This document shows positions 18,201-27,620 of a stretch of DNA of 56,063 nt, piece by piece. The DNA is taken from positions 1 through 56,063 of the forward strand of contig JBMOMC010000042.1 in NCBI GenBank assembly GCA_049325335.1, read 5' to 3'. Source of the stretch: Nitrospirota bacterium. GTDB lineage: Bacteria > Nitrospirota > Nitrospiria > 2-01-FULL-66-17. The notes under the pieces are model-generated. The model had not been told where the DNA came from. It saw only the letters and a program-made list of their open reading frames with translations, and searched no databases. The position numbers and the translations under genes were made by a program. How positions within the stretch are numbered: the stretch's first letter is position 1; each line of letters starts with the position of its first letter.

Positions 18201-20870
18201 ATGCCGATGTCGCCCCGCGCCATGATCCTCATTGTCCTGTTCCTGGTGGTCTTCGGGTTCGGGGGCACGTTGCTCTCGCTGTACATCGACGCCCTCTGGT
18301 TTCAGGAGGTCGGGTATCTGTCCGTCTTCACCACGCGGCTGACCACCCAACTTGCCCTCGGCGGCCTCGTCGGCGCGGTGATGTTCGCATGGCTCGGGGG
18401 CAACGTGCTCTGGGCCGCTCGGCGACGACTCACGCTGCTCCCGCCGCCGTGGAGCGCCATGCTGGCCAACCGGCCGATTCGTCCGCTGTTGATCGGCTCC
18501 GCGCTGATCGTCGGCGCCATGCAGGGCCTTCAAGCCGCGGCGCAATGGCAGGAGTTCCTGCTCTTTCGCCATCCGAGCGCGTTTGGACAGGTCGATCCGC
18601 TGTTTGGTCGCGACATCGGCTTTTACGTCTTCACGCTTCCGTTTCTGTCGACCATCAAGGGGTGGCTCCTCATGGCGACCGGGTTGGCCGTGGTCGCCAG
18701 CGGCCTCATTTACGTCGCCAATCAGGAAATCCGCCTCGACCCCACGCGCGTGGTCGTCACCCCCGCGGCGCGCCGTCACCTCTTCGGCCTTGGGGCGGTC
18801 GGGGCCTTGGTTGTGGGGTGGGGGTACTACCTCGACCAGTCTCAGCTCCTCTACTCGCGCCGGGGCGTCGTGTTCGGCGCGGTCTACGCCGATATCCATG
18901 CGAGGTTACCCGTGCTCAAAGGCATGGTGATCCTGGCGGTGGCGGCGGCACTCGTCCTCCTGTTCAGCGCCGCGCGCCGCGGCTGGAAGCTGCCGATCGC
19001 GGCAGCCGTCGCCCTGCCGCTGGCGGGCCTCCTCGGAGGATCCGTTCTCCCCGACCTGCTCCACCGGTTTCAGGTTTTGCCGAACGAGATCGTCATGGAG
19101 CGCCCCTACATCGAACACAATATCCGCCTGACCCGCTTCGCCTACGGTCTGGACGGCATCGAAGCCAAGGAGTTTCCCGCAGCCGACCAACTCAGCGCCC
19201 AACAGGTGGCGGCCAACACCCTCACCACCAAGAACGTCCGTCTCTGGGATCACCGCCCCTTGCTCGCGACGTACCGGCAACTCCAGCAGATCCGAACCTA
19301 CTACGACTTTATCGACGTGGATAACGATCGGTACGTCATCGACGGGGAACTCCGCCAGGTGATGATTTCGCCGCGCGAGCTCTCATACAAGAACCTGCCG
19401 AGCCGGATCTGGATCAACGAACACCTCACGTATACCCACGGCTATGGGGTGACACTGGGACCGGTCAACCGAGTGACGCAAGAAGGCCTGCCGGAATTCT
19501 TCATCAAGAACATCCCCCCGGTGTCCTCGACGGCGATCACGGTCGCGCGTCCCGAAATCTACTACGGTGAGCTGCCGAACGATTACGTCTTGGTCAACAC
19601 CAAGGCCCTGGAGTTCGACTATCCGTCAGGGGACACCAACGTGTATTCGACCTACGCCGGTGAGGGCGGAATTACGCTGGGCTCATTCGCGCGTAAGGCG
19701 GCGTTCGCCGCGTCGTTCCGCACGATGAAAGTCTTGCTCTCGAACGACCTGACGTCCACCAGCCGGATCATGATCAACCGGAACATTCAGGACCGCGTCT
19801 CCAAGCTCGCGCCGTTTCTCCGCTACGATCAGGACCCCTACCTCGTGATCACCGCTCAGGGCCGCCTGGTGTGGATCATCGACGGCTACACCACGACGGC
19901 GCGATTGCCGTATGCGTTCCCGGTGCGAGGGGTGGGCAACTACATCAGAAATTCCGTCAAGGTGACGATCGATGCCTACGACGGGCGGATGACCGCGTAC
20001 GTCAGCGCCCCGGATGATCCCATCATCCGCGCGTACGGCGCCGTGTTTCCCGGTCTGTTTGAGCCGCTGGACGCGATGCCCGCCGATCTCCGCGCGCACC
20101 TACGCTACCCGCAAGACCTGTTCACGATCCAATCCCATGTCTTTGCCACGTACCACATGCAGGACCCGCAGATCTTCTACAACAAGGAAGACCTGTGGAA
20201 CATCCCGCAAAAAGGCGAGCGGGACATGGACCCGTACTACACGATCATGAAACTCCCCGGCGAGGCCCGGGAGGAGTTCATCCTGATGATCCCGTACACG
20301 CCGGCCAAGCGGGACAATATGGCGGCCTGGCTCGCGGTCAGGAACGACGCTCCACACTACGGAAAACTAATCGTGTACCTCTTACCCAAACAGAAATTGG
20401 TCTACGGCCCGCGCCAGATCGAAGCGCGGATCGATCAAGACTCGGCGATCTCGCAACAGCTCACGCTGTGGACCCAGCGCGGCTCGCAGGCGATCAGGGG
20501 TAGCCTCCTGGTCGTTCCGATCGAGGATGCCCTGCTCTATGTCGAACCACTCTACCTCGCTGCGACGGAGTCCGGGGCATTGCCCGAGTTGCGGCGCGTG
20601 ATCGTCGCCTTCGGCAACCAGATGGTGATGGAGCCCGACCTGGAGGCGGCACTCGCCGGACTCTTCGGGGGACAAGCCCCGGACCGACGGGCCGTTCCGC
20701 TCAAACCTGGAACCGTGGTGTCGGATGTCTCTGAGTCCTCGCCGGCACGCCAAGCCCTGGAGCACTACCGACGGGCGCAACGCGCGCTGCGGGACGCGGA
20801 CTGGGAGACCTACGGCGCAGAACTCAGCCGCATGGAACGCGCCCTCGAGTCGCTTGCCAAGCCGCCGTAA
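18201..20870 (+). CDS. UPF0182 family membrane protein
   Basis: 889 aa; DPLFGRDIGFYVF, NVRLWD, YTHGYG, NYIRNSVK, LRYPQDLF, LYVEPLY. Confidence 0.95.
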   Translation: MPMSPRAMILIVLFLVVFGFGGTLLSLYIDALWFQEVGYLSVFTTRLTTQLALGGLVGAVMFAWLGGNVLWAARRRLTLLPPPWSAMLANRPIRPLLIGSALIVGAMQGLQAAAQWQEFLLFRHPSAFGQVDPLFGRDIGFYVFTLPFLSTIKGWLLMATGLAVVASGLIYVANQEIRLDPTRVVVTPAARRHLFGLGAVGALVVGWGYYLDQSQLLYSRRGVVFGAVYADIHARLPVLKGMVILAVAAALVLLFSAARRGWKLPIAAAVALPLAGLLGGSVLPDLLHRFQVLPNEIVMERPYIEHNIRLTRFAYGLDGIEAKEFPAADQLSAQQVAANTLTTKNVRLWDHRPLLATYRQLQQIRTYYDFIDVDNDRYVIDGELRQVMISPRELSYKNLPSRIWINEHLTYTHGYGVTLGPVNRVTQEGLPEFFIKNIPPVSSTAITVARPEIYYGELPNDYVLVNTKALEFDYPSGDTNVYSTYAGEGGITLGSFARKAAFAASFRTMKVLLSNDLTSTSRIMINRNIQDRVSKLAPFLRYDQDPYLVITAQGRLVWIIDGYTTTARLPYAFPVRGVGNYIRNSVKVTIDAYDGRMTAYVSAPDDPIIRAYGAVFPGLFEPLDAMPADLRAHLRYPQDLFTIQSHVFATYHMQDPQIFYNKEDLWNIPQKGERDMDPYYTIMKLPGEAREEFILMIPYTPAKRDNMAAWLAVRNDAPHYGKLIVYLLPKQKLVYGPRQIEARIDQDSAISQQLTLWTQRGSQAIRGSLLVVPIEDALLYVEPLYLAATESGALPELRRVIVAFGNQMVMEPDLEAALAGLFGGQAPDRRAVPLKPGTVVSDVSESSPARQALEHYRRAQRALRDADWETYGAELSRMERALESLAKPP

Positions 20871-20882
20871 CGCCGCTATGCT
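20854..20882 (+). promoter_or_regulatory. Putative leaderless-type promoter of the bEBP-like gene
   Basis: TTGCCA-17 nt-TATGCT, 7 nt before ATG 20890; no SD. Confidence 0.55.
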
Positions 20883-20889
20883 TGCCGCC

Positions 20890-21888
20890 ATGCGTACCCT
20901 CCAAGCCGTGCGGCCCGACAGTGCTCAACCTTCAGCGACGGACGCCTCCTGGTCGATCGGACGGAGCCCCGTCATCCGCGCCCTCCATGACGCGGTTCAA
21001 CGGATCGCGAACGCGACCGGCCCGGTGTTGATCCTGGGCGAACCCGGCACGGGAAAAGAATCCGTGGCTCGCGCCCTTCACCGACTGGGCAACCGGCGCC
21101 ACGGGCCGTTTGTGGTCATTCCCTGCGCGGGAGACTCGGAACGCGGCCCCCATGCCGCGCCTGATGTGCGCGCACTCGCGGTCTCCGCAACCGGCGGCAC
21201 CCTGTATATAGACGGCATCGATCAGCTCAGTCCGACCGCGCAGGGCGAGATCGTGCGGGTGATCGAGGATCACCGTTCGGAGGCCGACGGCGCGTCGGCC
21301 GGGAACGCCGGCGTACGAGTGATCGCCGCGACTCCCATTGCGCTGGACCCCGCGGTCGGCGACGGACGGTTTCGCGAGGAGTTGTATCGTCGGTTGAGCG
21401 TGGACGTGCTCCGGGTCCCGGAGTTGCGCGACCGTCAGACGGATATCCCCGAGTTGGTGGCGCACGCGCTCAAACGACGCGCCGACTCCCCGGCATCCGT
21501 GAAAACCGTTGCGCCGGAAGCCATGGCGCGCCTGGTCGGGTATCCGTGGCCGGGCAATCTCCGTGAATTCGACGCGTTGATCGCGCGGGTGGCGGCCCAG
21601 GTTCCCGGCCCCGTGATTCAGGCGACCGATCTCCCGCCGGAGATGCGCGCCGGGGCGCGACCGGAGGTGTTGGCCGAGGATGTCCGCCACGGCGCCATCT
21701 CCTTGACGAAAGCCGTTGACGCGTTTGAACGCGAATTAATCCTTGATGCCCTGGAACGCACGTCCCACGTACAGGTGCGGGCCGCCAAACACTTGGGGAT
21801 CACCCGCCGCATTCTCAAATATAAGATGGACCTCTTGGGAATTCCCGTGAAGCGCCCGCGCATCCGCACCCGCCGCGAAGCGGCGTAG
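20890..21888 (+). CDS. Degenerate sigma54-activator-like AAA+ protein with Fis-type HTH
   Basis: GEPGTGKE Walker A, FREELYRRL, YPWPGNLRE, C-terminal HTH; GAFTGA loop missing and Walker B reads YIDG. Confidence 0.85.
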   Translation: MRTLQAVRPDSAQPSATDASWSIGRSPVIRALHDAVQRIANATGPVLILGEPGTGKESVARALHRLGNRRHGPFVVIPCAGDSERGPHAAPDVRALAVSATGGTLYIDGIDQLSPTAQGEIVRVIEDHRSEADGASAGNAGVRVIAATPIALDPAVGDGRFREELYRRLSVDVLRVPELRDRQTDIPELVAHALKRRADSPASVKTVAPEAMARLVGYPWPGNLREFDALIARVAAQVPGPVIQATDLPPEMRAGARPEVLAEDVRHGAISLTKAVDAFERELILDALERTSHVQVRAAKHLGITRRILKYKMDLLGIPVKRPRIRTRREAA

Positions 21889-21917
21889 GCCGGTGTCCGC
21901 GCCCGTCCCCGCGTTGA

Positions 21918-21946
21918 TTGACCCGCTCTTAGGCCTTTGATAGACT
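21918..21946 (+). promoter_or_regulatory. Putative leaderless promoter of the moxR operon
   Basis: TTGACC-17 nt-TAGACT with extended TG, 6 nt before GTG 21953. Confidence 0.65.
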
Positions 21947-21952
21947 GCCCGC

Positions 21953-22900
21953 GTGCTCGCTGACCCGCAAGCCAAGATCGCGGCGCTCCATGGCAACATC
22001 GAGCGGGTCATCCGCGGCAAATCCGACACCGTCACGCTGGCCTTGGTCACCCTGTTGGCCCGCGGCCACCTGCTGATCGAAGACGTGCCCGGCGTGGGCA
22101 AAACCACGCTGGCGCACAGTTTCGCGCGCTCGCTCAGTTGCACGTTCAAGCGCATCCAATTCACCAGCGATCTGCTGCCGTCCGACATCATCGGCCTGTC
22201 GGTGTTCCACTCCGCCACCCGCGAGTTCGAATTCCGTCCCGGACCGATCTTCGCCAACATCGTGTTGGCGGATGAAATCAACCGCACCACGCCCAAGACC
22301 CAGAGCAGCCTGTTGGAGGCGATGAACGACGCGCAAGTCTCGGTGGATACTCACACCCACCCATTGCCGCGCCCGTTCATGGTGATCGCCACCCAAAACC
22401 CGATCGAGCACCACGGCACGTACCCCTTGCCGGAATCGCAACTGGACCGTTTCATGATCCGCGCGCACATGGGGTACCCCGACGTCGCGGACGAGAAGCG
22501 TATCCTGACCGCGGCGCAGACAATGGGAGGCCCCGACGCCTTGGCTCCCGTATTGACCGCGGAGGACGTGGCCGCGCTCCAAGACGCCGCGTCGCGCGTC
22601 ACCGTCGACGAGGCGCTCACCGACTACCTGATGGCCGTCGTCACCGCCACCCGAACGCGCCCGGACGTGGACCTCGGGGTCAGCACGCGCGGCGCCGTGT
22701 TTTTGTATCGCGCCGCGCAGGCCCTGGCGCTGATCGACGGCCGCGACTACGCGCTCCCGGACGACGTCAAACGCCTGGTGCTCCCGGTGTTCGCCCACCG
22801 CATCGTGGTCAATCCCGGCGTCGAATCCTTCGACCCTCGCGCCGACGACGCCGCCGACATCCTGCGCGACATTCTGGACCAGGTTCCCGTCCCGTTGTAG
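21953..22900 (+). CDS. MoxR-family AAA+ ATPase
   Basis: EDVPGVGKT, RIQFTSDLLPSD, LADEINR, ATQNP, YPLPESQLDRF. Confidence 0.96.
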   Translation: MLADPQAKIAALHGNIERVIRGKSDTVTLALVTLLARGHLLIEDVPGVGKTTLAHSFARSLSCTFKRIQFTSDLLPSDIIGLSVFHSATREFEFRPGPIFANIVLADEINRTTPKTQSSLLEAMNDAQVSVDTHTHPLPRPFMVIATQNPIEHHGTYPLPESQLDRFMIRAHMGYPDVADEKRILTAAQTMGGPDALAPVLTAEDVAALQDAASRVTVDEALTDYLMAVVTATRTRPDVDLGVSTRGAVFLYRAAQALALIDGRDYALPDDVKRLVLPVFAHRIVVNPGVESFDPRADDAADILRDILDQVPVPL

Positions 22901-22918
22901 TCCCCTCATGGGGCCGCC

Positions 22919-24076
22919 GTGATCAGCGCGCTCGCCACGCCGTCCCGTCACCCCGCGCGTCGGATCGACGCGCCGACGGTCGAGACCGCCCCGCGGCGCC
23001 GGGTCGTTCGCGCCGCGAAAGTCACGCCCATGGGGCTGGCGTTTTTGCTGTTGGCGCTCGCGGTCGGTCTCGTCGCGGTCAACACCGGCAACAACGTGTT
23101 GTATCTCCTATTCGCCATGATGCTCAGCCTGATCATCGTGGCCGGACTGTTTTCCGAACGCACGCTCGCGCGTCTGACCGTAGACCGGTCGTTGCCAGCT
23201 CGGCTGTTCGCGGGCGCGCCCGTGCCCTCCCGGATCACGCTCACCAACGGCAAGCGGTGGATGCCCGCCTTCTCCCTTCGACTCCGTGAACACGCCGGAC
23301 GTCTCGGGCTGGAGACCGCGGAGCGACGCTGCCCGCGACTGGATCCGGGCGCGTCGGTAGCCGTGGACACCGTCATCACGTTTCGCGACCGGGGGCTGCA
23401 CCGACTCGAAGGCATCGAGGTCACTACGACGTTCCCGTTCGGACTCTTCGAAAAAACCCTCCGCCTGTCCGCCGACGCGCGCGCCTTGGTCTACCCCGCG
23501 ATCAACGCGGCGCCGCGATCCCCCGGACGGCCGGCCGCGGACGGCGGCCTCGCGGGCGGAGCGCGGGGTTCCACCGGGCTCTCGCACGTGCGCGAATACC
23601 GGATCGGCGACGACCCCCGGTTCATCCATTGGAAACACTCGGCCCGCCGCGCCAAGTTGGTGGTGCGTGAACCCGAGCCCGAAGGCGCGCGCGCGAAGAT
23701 TCTCGTCTTCAGCAACCGCTTGCCCCCCGATCCTCTCCCGGTGCATCGCGAGTGGTTCGAAGCGGCGGTCCGTCTCACCGCATCGCTCGCCGAGCGCGCC
23801 CTTCGCGACGGGCGGGAGGTCGTGCTGGCGACGTGGGACGGCGTGCACCGTCCGGGACGGGGCGCCGCGCAGTTGGAGCGCGTGCTCAGAACCCTGGCGA
23901 CCATCACCCCGTCGTCCCAGGCGTCGGGCGATCGTTTGATCGGCTGGACCGAAGCGTTGCCGCAGCAGGCGGCCCACGTCATTCTGGCCTGGGACGACCC
24001 GGCGTGGACGCGGGTGCGGGCGGCGTGTGATCGCGTGTGGGTGGCGTCGCGTCACGGACTCGGAGAGCGCCCGTGA
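22919..24076 (+). CDS. DUF58 domain protein
   Basis: NTGNN TM motif, FPFGLF, VREYRIGDDPRFIHWKHSAR. Confidence 0.92.
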   Translation: MISALATPSRHPARRIDAPTVETAPRRRVVRAAKVTPMGLAFLLLALAVGLVAVNTGNNVLYLLFAMMLSLIIVAGLFSERTLARLTVDRSLPARLFAGAPVPSRITLTNGKRWMPAFSLRLREHAGRLGLETAERRCPRLDPGASVAVDTVITFRDRGLHRLEGIEVTTTFPFGLFEKTLRLSADARALVYPAINAAPRSPGRPAADGGLAGGARGSTGLSHVREYRIGDDPRFIHWKHSARRAKLVVREPEPEGARAKILVFSNRLPPDPLPVHREWFEAAVRLTASLAERALRDGREVVLATWDGVHRPGRGAAQLERVLRTLATITPSSQASGDRLIGWTEALPQQAAHVILAWDDPAWTRVRAACDRVWVASRHGLGERP

Positions 24077-26067
24077 CGCAATCCGCGCAACGCGCCTCGG
24101 CCATGATGGCGGCGGTCGGCCTCGCTTCGCTCGCCATGACGGGCCAAATCGGCGCGCCCTGGCTGGTGGTCGGCGCGGCCGCCATCGCCGCGCGCGTCAT
24201 CCTGACGGGACTGCGTCGGCCGTTCGTGGTGTCCACGGCATGGGCGAACGCGCTCATCATCGCGGCCATGGGATTCGCGGTCGCGGATCTCCTGTGGTTT
24301 TCCCCGACGCTCCTCCACGTCGGCGCGCACCTGCTGATCGCGCTCATGCTCACGCGACTCGGCCACGCCAACGCCCGCGAATACCGCCAACTCATCGTCA
24401 TCGTGTTTTTCCTGATGGTCGCCACCGCGGGACTCTCGGGGCACGGCGCCTTGAACGCGGGGTTCGTCGTCTACCTGCTGGTGATGGTGTGGGTCCTGGT
24501 CCAATACCATCTGCTCGCCGAAGCGGAGCGCGCCCCAGACGACCCACCGCCCGCGCCCACGGGCCTCGCGGCCTGGACCATCGCCGCGGCCGTGCTCGCC
24601 CTGGTCACCGCCGGCGGCTTGTTCCTGGTGTTGCCGCGCATGGGGCTTGAGCTGCTGGGCGCCGAACCGCAGGCCGACGTTCGCCTGTCCGGGTTCTCCC
24701 CACAGGTCCGGCTGGGCGAGATGGGACCGGCCAAGCGGGATCCGACCATCGTCATGCGGGTGTCGGGCGACACCTTGGGGCTGGGAGGACAACCGCTCTA
24801 TCTGCGCGGCGCGGTGTTCGACGCGTTCGACGGCCGGAACTGGACGGCCGCCGCGCCGTCACGCCGCCAAGTACCGTCGGACGGGGACGGACGATTCGGC
24901 GCGGGGGCTGCCGGCACCGAGTTGTTCGCCATCCAGGCCGAGCCCTTGGACACCAGCGTGATCTTCACGCCGGATCACACGGCGGGGGTGCTGGGCCCGT
25001 TCGCGGCGGTGCTGGTCGACGAAGACGCCATTTTTACCGCGCCCTATCCTCCCGGCGTGAGACAAAGTTACGAGGTCTGGCGCCGAACCCCGGACGGGCG
25101 TCGTCCGACGGGACGGCCAATACCCGATAGGTATCTTCGACGGGATGAGGCCGCGCGGATCGCGGCGCTCGCGCACGAGACCACCCGTGGAATGGAAACC
25201 CCCCTCGGCAAGGCCTCGGCGATCGAACGGTTTCTGCGGACCCGGTATACCTACACCTTGGACGTGCCGGGCGGAGAGGCCCGTCCGCTGGACACCTTTC
25301 TGTTCGACCGCCGGTCAGGGTACTGCGAACATTTTGCGAGTGCGATGACGCTGATGCTGCGCGCGGTCGGCGTGCCCTCGCGACTGGTCACGGGGTTCCT
25401 GGCCCAGGAATGGAACCCGTTCGGCAACTACACCATCGTACGACAAGGCGACGCCCACGCCTGGGTCGAGGCGTATCTGCCCGAATCGGGATGGACGCGA
25501 TTCGATCCGACCCCGCCCGTTCCTCCGGCCGACCGGCCCTGGACGGGATCAACCGAACATTATCTGGACACCCTGCGAACCGGGTGGAACCGGTACGTGC
25601 TGGACTTCGGTCTGCGCGATCAACACGCGGCCATCGAACGGGCGGAGGCCGCGTGGGCGGACGCGCGTGATCAGACCGCGGCCGCGTGGTCCTCAACCCT
25701 CCGACGGCTGACCCGAGTCTCCGACGCCGCGTGGGTCGCGGGTGGGCTCATTGCGGCCGGCCTGCTCGCGCTCGTGGGGATCATGGGAGGACGCCGCGGC
25801 CGACGGACGGCCCACCGGCCGCAACACGACGCGCCCATTGCGTTCTATCACCGCCTGTTACGGGCGCTGGAGCGGCAAGGGCTTCCCAAGCCCGCGACCG
25901 TCACGCCCGCGGAATTCGCCGAGCGCCATACGGCGAGCCCGTCCGCAGACGCGATCCGTCGCGTCACCGCGCGGTATTACGACGTGCGGTTCGGGCGGCG
26001 TCGTCTGTCGGACGACGACCGGCGACGCATCGAGTCCGACTTGGCCGTGATCGAACAGGGTCGATAA
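24073..26067 (+). CDS. TgpA-like membrane transglutaminase (DUF3488 + TGase + DUF4129)
   Basis: N-terminal TM bundle; intact triad GYCEHFA / DAHAWVE / RFDPTP; GTG overlaps the DUF58 stop (GTGA). Confidence 0.92.
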   Translation: MTQSAQRASAMMAAVGLASLAMTGQIGAPWLVVGAAAIAARVILTGLRRPFVVSTAWANALIIAAMGFAVADLLWFSPTLLHVGAHLLIALMLTRLGHANAREYRQLIVIVFFLMVATAGLSGHGALNAGFVVYLLVMVWVLVQYHLLAEAERAPDDPPPAPTGLAAWTIAAAVLALVTAGGLFLVLPRMGLELLGAEPQADVRLSGFSPQVRLGEMGPAKRDPTIVMRVSGDTLGLGGQPLYLRGAVFDAFDGRNWTAAAPSRRQVPSDGDGRFGAGAAGTELFAIQAEPLDTSVIFTPDHTAGVLGPFAAVLVDEDAIFTAPYPPGVRQSYEVWRRTPDGRRPTGRPIPDRYLRRDEAARIAALAHETTRGMETPLGKASAIERFLRTRYTYTLDVPGGEARPLDTFLFDRRSGYCEHFASAMTLMLRAVGVPSRLVTGFLAQEWNPFGNYTIVRQGDAHAWVEAYLPESGWTRFDPTPPVPPADRPWTGSTEHYLDTLRTGWNRYVLDFGLRDQHAAIERAEAAWADARDQTAAAWSSTLRRLTRVSDAAWVAGGLIAAGLLALVGIMGGRRGRRTAHRPQHDAPIAFYHRLLRALERQGLPKPATVTPAEFAERHTASPSADAIRRVTARYYDVRFGRRRLSDDDRRRIESDLAVIEQGR

Positions 26068-26082
26068 CCCCCGACGCCCGTT

Positions 26083-26481
26083 TCACTCAAAACGGACGCG
26101 GACCAGGGCCGCGGACACCCGGACGTCCGCCGGCTCGCCGGGCGCCTGGTGGACGGTCGTTTCAATGGTCGGGACGCGCCACGCGACGCGGCCTCCGTCG
26201 ATCGTGAGCGCCGCGTACCGCGACATCGAATACAACCCGTAGGCGGTCCCGCCGATCACCCCCAAGGCGGCGCCGGTGGTGATGTAACTGAGGTGCTCGT
26301 CGCGATTGTCCGTCATCATCATCACCGCGGTTCCAAGCATCGCGCCGATCAAACCGCCGTAAAACCCGTCGACCAGCACGTCCGCCAAGGCATCGTCCTT
26401 GGCGCGCGCCGGGGTTGCCGCCATCGCCAATGTCAGGACGATCACCAGTGCGCACGCCGTCATCCGAACCATGTTCGTCAT
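26083..26481 (-). CDS. Hypothetical exported/membrane protein with Gly-rich TM hairpin
   Basis: 132 aa; signal peptide ending ARA; GGLIGAMLG and GAALGVIGG helices; ATGA overlap with ribD. Confidence 0.75.
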   Translation of the reverse strand: MTNMVRMTACALVIVLTLAMAATPARAKDDALADVLVDGFYGGLIGAMLGTAVMMMTDNRDEHLSYITTGAALGVIGGTAYGLYSMSRYAALTIDGGRVAWRVPTIETTVHQAPGEPADVRVSAALVRVRFE

Positions 26482-27569
26482 AGATATCCCTCCACGATCA
26501 CATCGTCTCCCACCCGCCGCACCGCGATATCGCGCAATGCCGTCGCGTCACTGAGACGGCGCGGAGAACGCCCGCCGACCGACCCGATCGCGTCGCGCCC
26601 CCCCAACACCTTCGGCGCCAGCATGATCACGACTTTGTTCACGATGCCCGCGCGCAACGCCGACGCATTTACCTCCGAGCCCCCCTCGATCAACACCGAC
26701 GTCATATCCATTGATCCGAGACGTCGCATCAGGTCCCGCAGATCAACCAGACCGTCGTGGGATTTCACGATCAGCACGCGGGCGCCCGCCGCCTCCAGGC
26801 GGCGGCGGCGCGACGCCGCCGCTCCCGGCGTGGCGACCACGAACGTCGTGACGCCCTCCCGCGGTTTCAAGGCCCTGGCGGTCGGCGGCACGGTCAACCG
26901 CTCGTCGAGAATGATCCGATGCGGACTGCGACGGTGTCGCCCGCCGCGGGCGGTCAACTCCGGATCATCCGCCTTGATCGTACCGAGTCCCACCAGGACC
27001 GCATCCACGCGCGAGCGGAGGCGATGCACGTGTGTGCGCGCGCGGGGGCCGGTGATCCACCGCGACTCCCCAGCGGCCGTGGCGATCTTGCCGTCGAGCG
27101 TGGACGCGGCCTTGAGCGTCACGAACGGCAGACCGGTGCTGATCCAGTGCGCGTAGGCTTCATTGAGACGGACGGCCTGCTCGCGCAAGACTCCGACGCG
27201 AACCGCGACGCCCAGGGCGCGCAGCCGCGCGACGCCGCGTCCGGTCACTTTGGGGTTGGGGTCGTTGGTCGCCGCCACGACCGTTCGAATGCCGGATACC
27301 CGGATGGCGTCCACACAGGGCGGCGTGCGTTTGTCGACGTGGCAACAGGGTTCGAGCGTGACGTACAACGTCGCGCCCCTCGCGCGGGACCCCGCGTCGC
27401 GCAGCGCGATCACCTCGGCGTGCGGTTCGCCGGCCCGGCGATGATACCCCTCGCCGACGATGCGTCCGCCGCGAACCACCACCGCGCCCACCGCGGGGTT
27501 CGGACTGGTGCGCCCCACTCCCCGCGCGGCGAGCGTCAACGCTCGCCGCATATAGGCCTCGTCGGACAT
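26478..27569 (-). CDS. ribD: Riboflavin biosynthesis deaminase/reductase RibD
   Basis: TSPNPAVG, HAE, TLEPCC..PPC zinc motif, STLDGKIA, VLIEGG. Confidence 0.97.
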   Translation of the reverse strand: MSDEAYMRRALTLAARGVGRTSPNPAVGAVVVRGGRIVGEGYHRRAGEPHAEVIALRDAGSRARGATLYVTLEPCCHVDKRTPPCVDAIRVSGIRTVVAATNDPNPKVTGRGVARLRALGVAVRVGVLREQAVRLNEAYAHWISTGLPFVTLKAASTLDGKIATAAGESRWITGPRARTHVHRLRSRVDAVLVGLGTIKADDPELTARGGRHRRSPHRIILDERLTVPPTARALKPREGVTTFVVATPGAAASRRRRLEAAGARVLIVKSHDGLVDLRDLMRRLGSMDMTSVLIEGGSEVNASALRAGIVNKVVIMLAPKVLGGRDAIGSVGGRSPRRLSDATALRDIAVRRVGDDVIVEGYL

Positions 27570-27577
27570 TGGCGAGG

Positions 27578-27606
27578 ATTATCGACCAATGCCAAGACGC
27601 TGTCAA
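27578..27606 (-). promoter_or_regulatory. Putative leaderless or near-leaderless ribD promoter
   Basis: TTGACA-17 nt-GATAAT, 8 nt before the ATG; no SD. Confidence 0.6.
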
Positions 27607-27620
27607 CGCGAACGGTGCGG

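Noticed and set aside
21953..26067. MoxR-DUF58-transglutaminase operon as a novel system
   Set aside because: Widely distributed, already described gene triad with canonical motifs
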